This document shows positions 46,087-55,270 of a DNA stretch of 64,000 bases, piece by piece. The stretch lies in IMG/VR virus record IMGVR_UViG_3300010398_001198, positions 58,664-122,663 of that record; one strand, 5' to 3'. The DNA is from a virus. A model generated the notes under the pieces. It was not told where the DNA came from and ran no database searches. It was given only the letters and a program-made list of their open reading frames with translations. The position numbers and the translations under genes are program-made. How positions within the stretch are numbered: position 1 is the first letter of the stretch; each line of letters starts with the position of its first letter.

Positions 46087-46287
46087 TTACTCCACCCGCA
46101 TCACGGCGATCCCGTCGTAGGGGCTGACGACATACGTCTGGCCGACCTGCAAAGCCGCGATGGCGTCAATATGCTCGTTGTCATCAAGCCCGTAGGCGGT
46201 CTGTTCCGCCAGTTCCTTCAAGGGGAACCGGTCCGTCGTGGGCTCCCGGTCGCTGTGCGGGCTGAGCACGATGGTATAGCGTTTCAT
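46087..46287 (-). CDS. Small hypothetical protein
   Basis: 66 aa, RBS AGGAG. Confidence 0.55.
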   Translation of the reverse strand: MKRYTIVLSPHSDREPTTDRFPLKELAEQTAYGLDDNEHIDAIAALQVGQTYVVSPYDGIAVMRVE

Positions 46288-46377
46288 GCCTGACTCCTGT
46301 CCCTGGTTGTCGGTGACGCCCAGGCCGCACCACGCGGCCACGGTGGCTGACACCCTCCCTCCCCAGCGGGGAGGGGC

Positions 46378-46393
46378 GCACGCTGCCGACAGG
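46378..46393 (-). repeat. CCTGTCGGCAGCGTGC intergenic motif, copy 2
   Basis: Exact 16-mer after stop of 46396..46704. Confidence 0.75.
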
Positions 46394-46395
46394 GG

Positions 46396-46704
46396 TTAGT
46401 AGGGGGACGCTTGGTACACCTCCTGAAAAGGGGCGAGTGGCATCTGGCTGGTGGCGCGCAGGGCATCCGCGACCGCCCCATAGAGGCGGCCATCGCGGTC
46501 TTGCAGATGGCCGCACCCCTCCAGCAAGTCGAGGAGCCCGACGAGGAGATCGCCCATTTCGATGATGGAGTCGATCTCTTCGCCCACCGGGCTCCAGTCC
46601 TGCCACTCCGGGTCGGGCTCCTCGCAGAAGGGGCATGGCCCGGTCTGCGGCTTGGGGTACTTTTCGTTACAGGCCATACACTCGACAAAACGCGGGGTCT
46701 TCAT
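46396..46704 (-). CDS. Zn-ribbon hypothetical protein
   Basis: CMAC...CPFC. Confidence 0.6.
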   Translation of the reverse strand: MKTPRFVECMACNEKYPKPQTGPCPFCEEPDPEWQDWSPVGEEIDSIIEMGDLLVGLLDLLEGCGHLQDRDGRLYGAVADALRATSQMPLAPFQEVYQASPY

Positions 46705-46707
46705 GGC

Positions 46708-47040
46708 TTAGTCTCCTTCGTCTGGTTCCGGGGCATACACCCACACCCAGGCCTGCACCCACACGCCATCGTCGGCGCGGGAGAGGCGGGCATCGTCGTC
46801 AATTTCGATGTCCGTACACTGATACTCGTCTCTGGCCCACTGCCGATACTCGGCATCGGTATGGATGCGCGGGGCAGGGACAGGCTCTGGCTCGCCCGAC
46901 GCGCAGTGGTGGCAGATGACGGCGCGGGGATGCTGGCGGGCATGCTGCGTCCAGGGCTGTTCGCCGCATACATCACAGAGCAAGTGGGCCTCGAAGAGCA
47001 GGTCCATGTTGGGGGTGTAGCGGATCAGGGCGGTCGTCAT
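46708..47040 (-). CDS. Phage-type hypothetical protein
   Basis: CDVC..CHHC; IEIDDDA..S.ADDG.WVQAWVWV. Confidence 0.65.
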   Translation of the reverse strand: MTTALIRYTPNMDLLFEAHLLCDVCGEQPWTQHARQHPRAVICHHCASGEPEPVPAPRIHTDAEYRQWARDEYQCTDIEIDDDARLSRADDGVWVQAWVWVYAPEPDEGD

Positions 47041-47225
47041 ACGGGCTCCTTGCGCACGGTATAGTCCCGGCGATTGGGTTTCAGGGCGCCGAAGCGCTGC
47101 GTGCAGCACTTCGCCCAGGCGGCCTTGGCGTTCGTGGCCCGGACATAGAACGGGGGATGCCAGCCGCCGATGGGCTGGACACAGTAGCGCGGGAATTGGA
47201 GGTGGGCATGGATGGACGGGTTCAT
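47037..47225 (-). CDS. Small hypothetical protein
   Basis: 62 aa, coupled. Confidence 0.5.
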   Translation of the reverse strand: MNPSIHAHLQFPRYCVQPIGGWHPPFYVRATNAKAAWAKCCTQRFGALKPNRRDYTVRKEPV

Positions 47226-47476
47226 GGGGCCTCCTCTACAGGAATGTAGGTGCCATCGGCGGCGATGGCGAACACCTGCGGGTCTTCCTCATAGGCGTAC
47301 TCATGCTCGGTGACATGCTCGACCACCCCAGCAAACGGGACCAGATCGTCCGGGTCGCCCTTGCCATTGGCATACTCATAGTCATGGGCCAGTTGGGTGG
47401 CTGTGGCGGCATCGGGTGCGTCTACGACAAATTCCTCTTTGTACACGTTGTAGATTTCCACACAGTACTTCGGCAT
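47222..47476 (-). CDS. Small acidic hypothetical protein
   Basis: 84 aa, RBS AGGAG. Confidence 0.55.
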   Translation of the reverse strand: MPKYCVEIYNVYKEEFVVDAPDAATATQLAHDYEYANGKGDPDDLVPFAGVVEHVTEHEYAYEEDPQVFAIAADGTYIPVEEAP

Positions 47477-47526
47477 ACGGGTCTCCTGGTGTCGATGCGG
47501 GGGCGCACGGCGCCCCCAGGTTGGGA

Positions 47527-47829
47527 CTAGAACAGGTCACAGACCGCCCGTTGCAGCGGCGTGGGCGGCGTGCGCCCTTCATAGTCGCGGGCGAGCTGCG
47601 CCTCGATGTCGGGGGGAATCTCGGCCTGCCCGTGCAGGAGGGAGCCGAGTTGCGCGACGCTGGTGATCTGGCCCGGCTCGGTGCCTTCCCAGACCGTGAG
47701 GGCGACGCCGTCGTCCGGCCCCTCACACGTGTACACTTGGGCAAAGAACGTGCCGAGCGGATTATCCCACCCGACGATGGCGTCGTGATCGCCACTCTGC
47801 GGCAATACAGGAATACGGTACTGACTCAT
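47527..47829 (-). CDS. Conserved mobile-element hypothetical protein
   Basis: VGWDNPLGTFFAQV motif. Confidence 0.65.
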   Translation of the reverse strand: MSQYRIPVLPQSGDHDAIVGWDNPLGTFFAQVYTCEGPDDGVALTVWEGTEPGQITSVAQLGSLLHGQAEIPPDIEAQLARDYEGRTPPTPLQRAVCDLF

Positions 47830-47876
47830 ACGGTGTCTCCTTTCGAGAGGTGGGGGCGACCATGCGCCCCCGGTGG

Positions 47877-49244
47877 TTATGCCAACTGTGCCAGCATCGG
47901 GGCGATGGCCCCGTCGCTGTGCTGCGGATCGCTACTCACCTGATAACAGGCGGTGGCGACAGGTTTGAGGGTGGTGAGGTCGGCATCGCCCCCGATACCG
48001 ATCCCGTAGAGCGAGAGCCCGTCTTCGGCCATGCGCTGGGCGAGGGCCTCGCGGGTGGCGTCATCCACATCGCCCTCGCCATCGGTGACGAAGATGATGT
48101 CCGCCCGCGTGAGACACGGGCTGTCCGTGAGCAACGTCAACGCCCGACTGAGCGGGGCGGTAAAATCCGTGCCGCCCGTGGCGTCTTGCAGCAGCACCTC
48201 CATGAGGGCGTCCTGATCGGTGACCCGACCGCCCTCGACCACTACTTCCTTGCTGACGCCGTAGTCAAACGTCACACAGCCCCAGGTGCGCCCTTGTTCA
48301 CGACAGAGCGTCAGCAGGGCGAGGGCCACGGCCTTCGACCAGTAGAGGCGGGTGCGCGGTGTGCGCATGGAACTGCTCTTGTCCAGCAGCACCAGCATCG
48401 GGCCGCGGCCTTCCGGCACGTCGCCTTTCACGTCGTACTGGAGGGCCTTGCGTCCGGCGATTTTCCCGAGCACCTGCAAGCGGGCCAGGCGTGCGCCGCG
48501 CAGCCCCGCCAGTTCCTGGGGCAAGATGCGGGCCAGGTCGCCGCCGATGGTGAGCCCGGTAATGGCGCCCACATGCGACTGGCCCTTGCTGCGCTTGGTA
48601 CTGTGCGCGAGCCGGGTGAGACGTCCGGCCATCTGGGCGATCAGCTTGAGCATGTCGCTCTGGCCCATGAGCTCCCAGAGCCCGCGCACCTGTTCCAGTT
48701 CGACCAGATTCTCCCCCTGGCCGGGCTGCGTGCCGGCGTGGATGCCGAGGGCCTCCCCAATACCTTCCATCGCCCCTGCCGCCTCATCGACGGCCTTGCC
48801 CGCCTGGCGCAGGGCCTGGCGCAGGGTCCGGCGCGTGTCGCCGCCGCCCTCTCCGGGTTGCCCCTGCCCCGGCACCTGGAAGGATTCCTGCCCGTGCTGC
48901 TGGTCTGGCGTGCCGCGTGGGGCGAGATCGACCAGCGCCCGCAGTAAGTACTCTGTAGCCAGCCCTGCCTGGAAACCCGACTGCAGGCACCGCGCCCGCA
49001 GCGGTTTCCATTCCGCCAGGTCCTGGGCCTGCGCCAGCAGGTCGGTGGCCCACTGCGGCGCGCCCGGATGTGCGGGGGGCGTACTGCGCAGATAGAGCAA
49101 GCTATGGATATCATCAGCCACCCCGGCAAACTGTGGTTGTTTCTTTGTCCCTGTCGCAACCAATTGTCGGGCCGGTTGGCTGTGCGCAAGGTGGCTCCGC
49201 CACAGGGTTTGACTCCATTTACTACTGTCCAAGCATAAACTCAT
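47877..49244 (-). CDS. von Willebrand A domain protein (ViaA/YehP-like partner of MoxR)
   Basis: GDLARILPQEL, VLLDKSSSM (MIDAS), GGTDF, IIFVTDG. Confidence 0.9.
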   Translation of the reverse strand: MSLCLDSSKWSQTLWRSHLAHSQPARQLVATGTKKQPQFAGVADDIHSLLYLRSTPPAHPGAPQWATDLLAQAQDLAEWKPLRARCLQSGFQAGLATEYLLRALVDLAPRGTPDQQHGQESFQVPGQGQPGEGGGDTRRTLRQALRQAGKAVDEAAGAMEGIGEALGIHAGTQPGQGENLVELEQVRGLWELMGQSDMLKLIAQMAGRLTRLAHSTKRSKGQSHVGAITGLTIGGDLARILPQELAGLRGARLARLQVLGKIAGRKALQYDVKGDVPEGRGPMLVLLDKSSSMRTPRTRLYWSKAVALALLTLCREQGRTWGCVTFDYGVSKEVVVEGGRVTDQDALMEVLLQDATGGTDFTAPLSRALTLLTDSPCLTRADIIFVTDGEGDVDDATREALAQRMAEDGLSLYGIGIGGDADLTTLKPVATACYQVSSDPQHSDGAIAPMLAQLA

Positions 49245-49558
49245 AGGGCCTCCGCATCGTGGGCGGCGAGCGCCCGATCGACCAGGACGTTGCGCCGCCG
49301 TGCCTCTAACACCTCAGCCTGCCCTTGGAGCACGGCGGCCAGGACGCGCATATCGTCGGGGGAACTAAAACAGAGATAGACGGGCGCGTGCGTGGGACCC
49401 TGCGCCCGCTGTATGAAGCCGACCGAGCAGGTCGCCGCTTCGTTGTTGTAGTCCGGGTCATTGTCAAAGTGCCAGCTTTCCAGCAGGGTCGCCGCAAAGG
49501 ACTGGCCGCGACACCGTTCGATATGCGTGCCCGTCAGCTGCTGTTCGAGATACGCCAT
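49241..49558 (-). CDS. Hypothetical protein
   Basis: 105 aa between MoxR and vWA, coupled to vWA. Confidence 0.6.
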   Translation of the reverse strand: MAYLEQQLTGTHIERCRGQSFAATLLESWHFDNDPDYNNEAATCSVGFIQRAQGPTHAPVYLCFSSPDDMRVLAAVLQGQAEVLEARRRNVLVDRALAAHDAEAL

Positions 49559-49659
49559 GGGTCTGTTCTCCTTCCTGAGAGTCTGTCGGTGGACGCCCCT
49601 CTCGCGCCATGCGAGATCGGTGGCTCACACCCGCTCTCCCCCGCCCATGGGAGAGAGCC

Positions 49660-49675
49660 GCACGCTGCCGACAGG
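49660..49675 (-). repeat. CCTGTCGGCAGCGTGC intergenic motif, copy 3
   Basis: Exact 16-mer immediately after the MoxR stop codon. Confidence 0.75.
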
Positions 49676-50863
49676 TTACGCCGTCATCAGGGCCGGCATG
49701 TCGATGGCGCCGAGCCCCATGCGTTTCGCCAGGACCTGGGCCAGTTTCTTTTGCTCGGCATGGACTTTCTTGAGGGAGCCCATGGCGCGCTGGCGACTGG
49801 TCTCACGGGCGGTGCTGCTGGCGATGTCCGTGGCCAGGGCTTTCACCATGTCCACTAACTGGACGTTGGTGCTTTCGGCCTGGGTAAGAAAGTCGGGCTC
49901 ATCGACGCCCGGCAGCTTGTGCAGCAGGTCCAGGGCGTCGTCTTCAATTTCCAGGGCGCGCTGTTGGAGCGGGTTACTGACGGCGTAGATGGTGCGCTGC
50001 ACGACGCTGCGGACTTTCGGGTCTTCCCACCAGGAGTGGGCGAGAATCCCCAGATCTTCCAGCGTCATGGTGCTTTCACCGTGCAGCCACGCATGTGCCC
50101 GGATGAGTGGGAAGGCCCACGTCCACATGCGGGGGGTAATGCGCACGCCCTCCTGCTCCAGCCGTTCCCGCAGATCGAGGGCGGCTTCGAGGACTTCCCC
50201 GGTATTCGTGACCGTCTGCGCTTCGGCCTGGGCCACCCGCAGATCATCGAGGGTCATGGTCGCCCGAATATCGTGGACCTGCGGCGGATCGGTCGCCAGC
50301 CGCACAAACGAGGCTCGGTCCGCAATGGGGGCAATCTCTTCCCGCAGGAGGAAGCGATTGTTGAGGGCTTCCAGTTCCCACTGCCCGATCAGGTGGGAGT
50401 TCGACGCGGCAAAGGCGGAGATCATGGGCAGCGTGAGGGGTGCCGGCATGCCCGTCTCCTTAATCTGGCGCTTGCCGCCCAGCACCTGGACGAGAATGGA
50501 GTAGACCAGCATATTGGCCCGACCAATTTCATCCAACCAGACAATATCGCCCTCGACCAGCGATTGGGCATGACAGCGGCGCCGTAGCCCGTGATCAGCG
50601 TAGGCCAGCATATCTTGCGGCCCCAAGATATCATCGTCGGTCGTGCCCGGATTACAGGTACATTCAAAGAGCCGTGCGCCCTCGATACGGGCGAGCAGGC
50701 AATCAACCAGAAAGGTTTTGGCGATGCCGGGCGAGCCGACCTGGATGTAGTTTTGTCGGGTCAGCAGGGCGAGCAAGGCGTTATCGACGGCCTGTTCCCG
50801 TTCCAGCAACAGGCGGTTCATATCGGCCCGGACGGCCTGGATCTTGTCATACGCAACAGACAT
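49676..50863 (-). CDS. MoxR/RavA-family AAA+ ATPase
   Basis: GSPGIAKT Walker A, WLDEI Walker B, ASN, ALNNRF. Confidence 0.9.
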   Translation of the reverse strand: MSVAYDKIQAVRADMNRLLLEREQAVDNALLALLTRQNYIQVGSPGIAKTFLVDCLLARIEGARLFECTCNPGTTDDDILGPQDMLAYADHGLRRRCHAQSLVEGDIVWLDEIGRANMLVYSILVQVLGGKRQIKETGMPAPLTLPMISAFAASNSHLIGQWELEALNNRFLLREEIAPIADRASFVRLATDPPQVHDIRATMTLDDLRVAQAEAQTVTNTGEVLEAALDLRERLEQEGVRITPRMWTWAFPLIRAHAWLHGESTMTLEDLGILAHSWWEDPKVRSVVQRTIYAVSNPLQQRALEIEDDALDLLHKLPGVDEPDFLTQAESTNVQLVDMVKALATDIASSTARETSRQRAMGSLKKVHAEQKKLAQVLAKRMGLGAIDMPALMTA

Positions 50864-50937
50864 GGGTAGACTCCTTTCAGGGGTCGTTGGATTGGTGTCG
50901 GGCGCTCCGTGGCGTGGACCGCCCGACGAACGATGCT

Positions 50938-51204
50938 CTAGCGATGCGAGAAGTAGCGGGCCTGGTGTCCGGCTAACGCGGCTTCATGGCGGGCCAGTGC
51001 GAGTTGGCCCGTGGCGCGGTAGTGCAGACTCCAGGCCCGACACCGCGCGTACTGCCGGAGTTTCGACATGCTGTAAAACGACGTGTGCATGAGGCGGGCC
51101 TGCCGTATCATGTCGCCCGCGGCAAAGCGCCGCAGGGTCTCTTCCGTCGCATCCTTCAATTCCTGCCAGAGTGCCTGCACCCGGCTTTGTTCGTGCTGAC
51201 TCAT
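50938..51204 (-). CDS. Hypothetical protein
   Basis: 88 aa, RBS AGGAG. Confidence 0.5.
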   Translation of the reverse strand: MSQHEQSRVQALWQELKDATEETLRRFAAGDMIRQARLMHTSFYSMSKLRQYARCRAWSLHYRATGQLALARHEAALAGHQARYFSHR

Positions 51205-51322
51205 CTCCTGTTCCTTTCGTTCACAGTCGGTATCGCCCCGCATCCCACCCTGGGAGGCTCGGTGGTCAACACCTACGCCCGGCCTTTCTCCGGGCATCGC
51301 ACGCTTCCGACCGTTGTTCTTG

Positions 51323-52420
51323 TTACCACGTCGTGGGCAGGTCTGACGCCGGGCCAGGCGCCGCCAGCAGCGCCGCCAGGTCCGGGTCCAACGCCTCGTC
51401 GCCCGCCTCGACCAGCAGGGCGACATCGTCCAGATCCCCGTCCACACTGAGGGAGCCGTCCGCCAGGGCGCTCGCCAGCGCATACTCCCCTTGCGCCGCG
51501 AGGGCGAGGAGCTGCTGCACCTGCGCGTCCACGGGTGGGGCCTGGCCGCGTTCGCGGGTGCCATCGGCATGAATGACGGTATCGACCCGCACCGTCAAGA
51601 GGTCGCGGACCTGGGCATCAATACTGCGCAGGGCGCCCCGCACGTCGTCCAGGGTGATGCCAATCGCGGCATCGTAGGCCATGGCTTTGGCCCGCAACTC
51701 CCGCAACTGCCCGAGCCGGTCGCGGTAGACCGTGGCGGACTGGGAGCCATCAAAGCCCGCGACTTCGGCCTTCAGGGCGGCAATCTGGTCGGCGATGCCG
51801 GCCTGGGCGACTTCCCGCACATCCCCCCGGCTTTCGGGCTCGATTTCCCCGATCACCAGCCCGATGCCCACCTCGTCCAGATACGCCCGCAGGCTTTCGA
51901 GCTGCGCCGTGCCCTGCGGGGGAATCCAGTACATCCCGCCCGATTCCAGGAAGGGCAGGCCGCGACACGGGCCTTTGATGTAGTCGATGATATGGGCCGT
52001 CCAGTCGCCCTGGAGCACCATGCCCCGCAGTTCTTGGTACGCCGTGTTGATCGTGCGGGCGACTTCATGCTCGCCGGTGATGCGCCCGGTGTCCCACTCC
52101 GCATCCCATTTCAGGGTGGCGTCGTGGGTGAAGTCGGTGCGTTCGCGGGCCTCGTCTTTTTCGACAGCCGCGATGGTGTACACGACTTTCGTTTTGCCCG
52201 TGGTGAGGGACGACAGCAGCCACCCGGCGCTTTTGGCTTTGCCGATGTACGACGTGATAGCGCGGCCCACCATGGCGCGGTCGCCGGCGTACTGCGGGAC
52301 CATGGTCGAAGGCATGCCATGCCGGGCGGCGATGGCGTCAATCTCTGCGGGGGTGCGGGGCCGGAACGAATCGCGTACCCGGTATGTCACTAAACTGCCG
52401 TTGGTAAACTTCTCAGCCAT
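51323..52420 (-). CDS. DUF6744/DUF3150-like protein upstream of MoxR-vWA
   Basis: G.LV.Y..., SGGMYWIP, C-terminal coiled coil; position typical of the third gene of such modules. Confidence 0.6.
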   Translation of the reverse strand: MAEKFTNGSLVTYRVRDSFRPRTPAEIDAIAARHGMPSTMVPQYAGDRAMVGRAITSYIGKAKSAGWLLSSLTTGKTKVVYTIAAVEKDEARERTDFTHDATLKWDAEWDTGRITGEHEVARTINTAYQELRGMVLQGDWTAHIIDYIKGPCRGLPFLESGGMYWIPPQGTAQLESLRAYLDEVGIGLVIGEIEPESRGDVREVAQAGIADQIAALKAEVAGFDGSQSATVYRDRLGQLRELRAKAMAYDAAIGITLDDVRGALRSIDAQVRDLLTVRVDTVIHADGTRERGQAPPVDAQVQQLLALAAQGEYALASALADGSLSVDGDLDDVALLVEAGDEALDPDLAALLAAPGPASDLPTTW

Positions 52421-52430
52421 GCTTTGCTCC

Positions 52431-52652
52431 TTAGCGCCACAGCGGGCGCGGGCGGTTGTACTTGCCGGTCATGAACGTTGCGCCGGCGAACAGGGACGGG
52501 GCGGCGTCGGGATAGCGCCCCGTATACGCCGCGCTCAGGGCTTCTTGCAGATCCTCCGGGGCTTCATCCAGGAGGCAGATGAGGTGTTCGAGGGTGTCCT
52601 GGGCTAAGGTTGCCACGGCGGTCGCGGCGAGGTCGTGGGTGGTCGGTCGCAT
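52431..52652 (-). CDS. Hypothetical protein
   Basis: 73 aa, RBS AAGGAG. Confidence 0.55.
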   Translation of the reverse strand: MRPTTHDLAATAVATLAQDTLEHLICLLDEAPEDLQEALSAAYTGRYPDAAPSLFAGATFMTGKYNRPRPLWR

Positions 52653-52661
52653 GTGGGCTCC

Positions 52662-52886
52662 TTATTTCCGCATCAGTCGCGGGTATTGCGTGGGATCGAA
52701 GGGCCGCTTGCCGTCTTTGGCGCCGGCCCACACCTCGAGCACGGGCAGGTCGTCGCAGTCGCGGCCCTGGCGCACGCACAGGCGCACGGCCAGGCGGGTC
52801 TGCTTGCTCCAACGGCGCTTATCACGCTTTTCGCTGCGGGCCGTGGTATTGCCCGCAATAGGGGTCTGTCGGTAGGAATGGGCCAT
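52662..52886 (-). CDS. Small basic conserved-looking protein
   Basis: SYRQTPI.G.TTA.SEK.DK...W...KDGK...MRK. Confidence 0.65.
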   Translation of the reverse strand: MAHSYRQTPIAGNTTARSEKRDKRRWSKQTRLAVRLCVRQGRDCDDLPVLEVWAGAKDGKRPFDPTQYPRLMRK

Positions 52887-52889
52887 CCA

Positions 52890-53320
52890 GGGTCCTTTCG
52901 GTGCTTGTCTCTCGGTGTCGCCCTGCCAGCACCATGCTGGCGCAGTGGCCACACACTTGTGCCCAGGCCTCACCTGAGCACCGCACGCCCCGAGAGACGG
53001 GGTGGCTTGAGGGTCGGTAGCAGGGGCCGTCCGGGACACGTCCGGTTCCCCTGGTCCTGCAGGTCGCCCGCTGGGTCGCTGGCCCAGCAGGGGGTGGGAG
53101 CTGTCCCCACCCGCTCCGGCGTCACTGACCGCCGGTCTTGCCCATCGCTGGCGCTCCGGGTGCGTCGACAAGGCCCCAGGCAGACGCTCATGTCCACTGT
53201 AGCCCGTTTCACCGGATACCACCTTGATGGTGCCGCAGACGCCTCACGCGGGGAGTCAACCCCCACGCGCCCCTGTCACTGTCGTATCTCCCCTGCCCGC
53301 CGGGTAGGAGATGACTCCGG
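52890..53320 (-). ncRNA. Hairpin-dense untranslated leader, candidate structured RNA
   Basis: About 8 stems in about 430 nt with no credible ORF. Confidence 0.35.
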
Positions 53321-53668
53321 GTCGTGCGTCGCGGCTCTGCTGTTGTGAAAGACCAGCCCGCCCCGCGCATGGTGGCGGCAGGCGAGACGGCGGGAGACTG
53401 GGGCCGTGCCCAGCAGGGCGGCCACCTGTCGGCGGCTGTTCGTGCCCGGCGCCCCCCGCGCGTCATGTACTACATAAGGAAGTATAGCATAAAATTATGC
53501 GAAAAGATAATGCGTAAAGAGAAAAATAGAGAGAAATATTGTTGCTTTTGCTGAAAACGTGTTATACTTCTCTATATGCCCTAGTTATTACTAGGATACT
53601 TTGTTCTATAGGCGCTGCTTGCGCCTAGGCCATTCTAGGATACAAAGCTCTAAGAGAAGGGTTCAGCC

Positions 53669-53953
53669 ATGATTAAACTGAAGCGCCCCGCTGTCCCCAC
53701 CAACGCCACCCTGGGCGCCCGCGTCAAAGCCCGCCGCCGCGCCCTCGCCCTGCGCCCCGAAGCCGTCACGGCGGCCTGCGGCCTGTCCAATACCACCCTC
53801 GCCTACCTCGAAAGCGGGCGCGGCCTGCGCTCCGAATACCTCCCCACCCTGGCCGCCGTCCTGGGCGTCTCCCTCGACTTCCTCTTCGGGCTCACCGACG
53901 ACCCGACCCCGGTGGGCGACCAGGCGGGGGCGGCGGCGACCGTGCCCGGCTAG
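53669..53953 (+). CDS. XRE-family HTH repressor (divergent from early operon)
   Basis: LGARVKARR...CGLSNTTLAYLESG...LAAVLGVSLDFLFG; AT-rich promoter region 53465-53660. Confidence 0.85.
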   Translation: MIKLKRPAVPTNATLGARVKARRRALALRPEAVTAACGLSNTTLAYLESGRGLRSEYLPTLAAVLGVSLDFLFGLTDDPTPVGDQAGAAATVPG

Positions 53954-54440
53954 GCGGCAGCGCTGGGCTCTGTCCCGGACGACCCCCAACCGGTTTTTGC
54001 CCGACGAGCCCCCCCCCGCTGCGCTCGCCCACCACGCCGGGACCTGCTGCCACCCCTGCGCCTGGACCCACCCTGCTCACCACGCTCCCGCGCCCGTCAA
54101 GACGCCGCATGCGCCCGCGTGCGCATCCACCCTGCTTCGCCGCGGGCGCCCCCCTGCCAGTGAGGGACTGCAGCGGGCTCGCGCGTCCAGGTGGGCCTGT
54201 CCCTGCGCCGCGCTGCGCCCACACCGCCCCGCACCCGTCCGCCTCTCCCGCCTGCCCGCGCCTCTCCGCTTGGGCACCCGCTGCGCCCGTGGGGCACGTC
54301 TACGCCTGGAACTGCTCCCTGCGTGCGATCCCGGACCTGGGACGCCCACCGTGCCTCTGCGACACGCGGACCCGCTCGCCCTGGAGCACGATCCCGCACC
54401 CTGCCCCGATTCTGCCTGCCCCGGTTCTGCCTACCCCACT

Positions 54441-54506
54441 CTGGACGCTCCACCCTGGGGTAGGTCGGATCTGGATACCCCACCCTGGACGCTCCACCCT
54501 GGGGTA
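54441..54506 (+). repeat. Two 22-bp direct repeats 44 bp apart
   Basis: CTGGACGCTCCACCCTGGGGTA at 54441 and 54485. Confidence 0.75.
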
Positions 54507-54602
54507 CCCCGCCTGGGACTAGGACAGCCAGACTGCCCCAGCCTGCGCTGCCCCGCTCGGGACTAGCGCGGGTGCGGGTAGAAGACTTGTGTCTAAGAAC
54601 AT

Positions 54603-54696
54603 GAGACCGAGACCAAGACCAAGACCAAGACCCGAGACCGAGACCCGAGACCCGAGACCGAGACCGAGACCGAGACCAAGACCAGAGACCAAGACC
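54603..54696 (+). repeat. Tandem hexamer array (R-AGACC x15)
   Basis: GAGACC/AAGACC units with occasional 1-nt spacers. Confidence 0.95.
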
Positions 54697-54886
54697 AGAG
54701 AGCTATGCTTACCACTATGCCGATGAAAAGAAGATCGCTTGCCACTAGGAGCCACTAGGAGCCATGCAAGAACGTTGTGCTACTGTGCCATGCCTGCAAA
54801 GACAAACGGCACTAGGATTGCTCGCTAGTGCCGCTTCGCTGTTCGCCTATGCTGTTATGCCGATGAAAGACGCTGGTATGGTGTCC

Positions 54887-55150
54887 CTATCCCCGTAGCC
54901 GCAACGTACATGCGCCATCTGCCGTGCTATACGTGCAGTCTATGTCGAATTGCTCATTCCTGTATGTCCATGCCGTTCGCTCTAAGGTTACGCTGGACTT
55001 CCCTGTTACCAGCGTGACGTATGCAGGATAGATACCTTTGGGCCATCCTAAGCTTTTTGCCGACGTCCAATAGATCCCTTTGCCTATGCTAGACTCACAG
55101 TCTGCACTGTCAATGCTCCACACTGCGCTTGTGATCCGATGCCTTGTCAT
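54887..55150 (-). CDS. Hypothetical protein
   Basis: 87 aa, atypical codon usage. Confidence 0.5.
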   Translation of the reverse strand: MTRHRITSAVWSIDSADCESSIGKGIYWTSAKSLGWPKGIYPAYVTLVTGKSSVTLERTAWTYRNEQFDIDCTYSTADGACTLRLRG

Positions 55151-55203
55151 GCCGATTATCCCCTATGCCGATGTGCGCATGCCTTATAGACCATCCTAGC
55201 GCC

Positions 55204-55244
55204 AAAAAAAGAAACTCCGCAGTGCAACCTACACACTGCGGAGT
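55204..55244 (-). terminator. Rho-independent terminator
   Basis: ACTCCGCAGTG/CACTGCGGAGT stem followed on the minus strand by TTCTTTTTTT. Confidence 0.85.
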
Positions 55245-55270
55245 CTCAGACCATCTCTGATACTACGGTA

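Noticed and set aside
54603-54696. RAGACC array and 47-bp repeats (57545-57659) as CRISPR arrays
   Set aside because: No unique equal-length spacers and no cas genes in the window.
54519-54755. GLGLGL-repeat ORF
   Set aside because: Simply a translation of the hexamer array.
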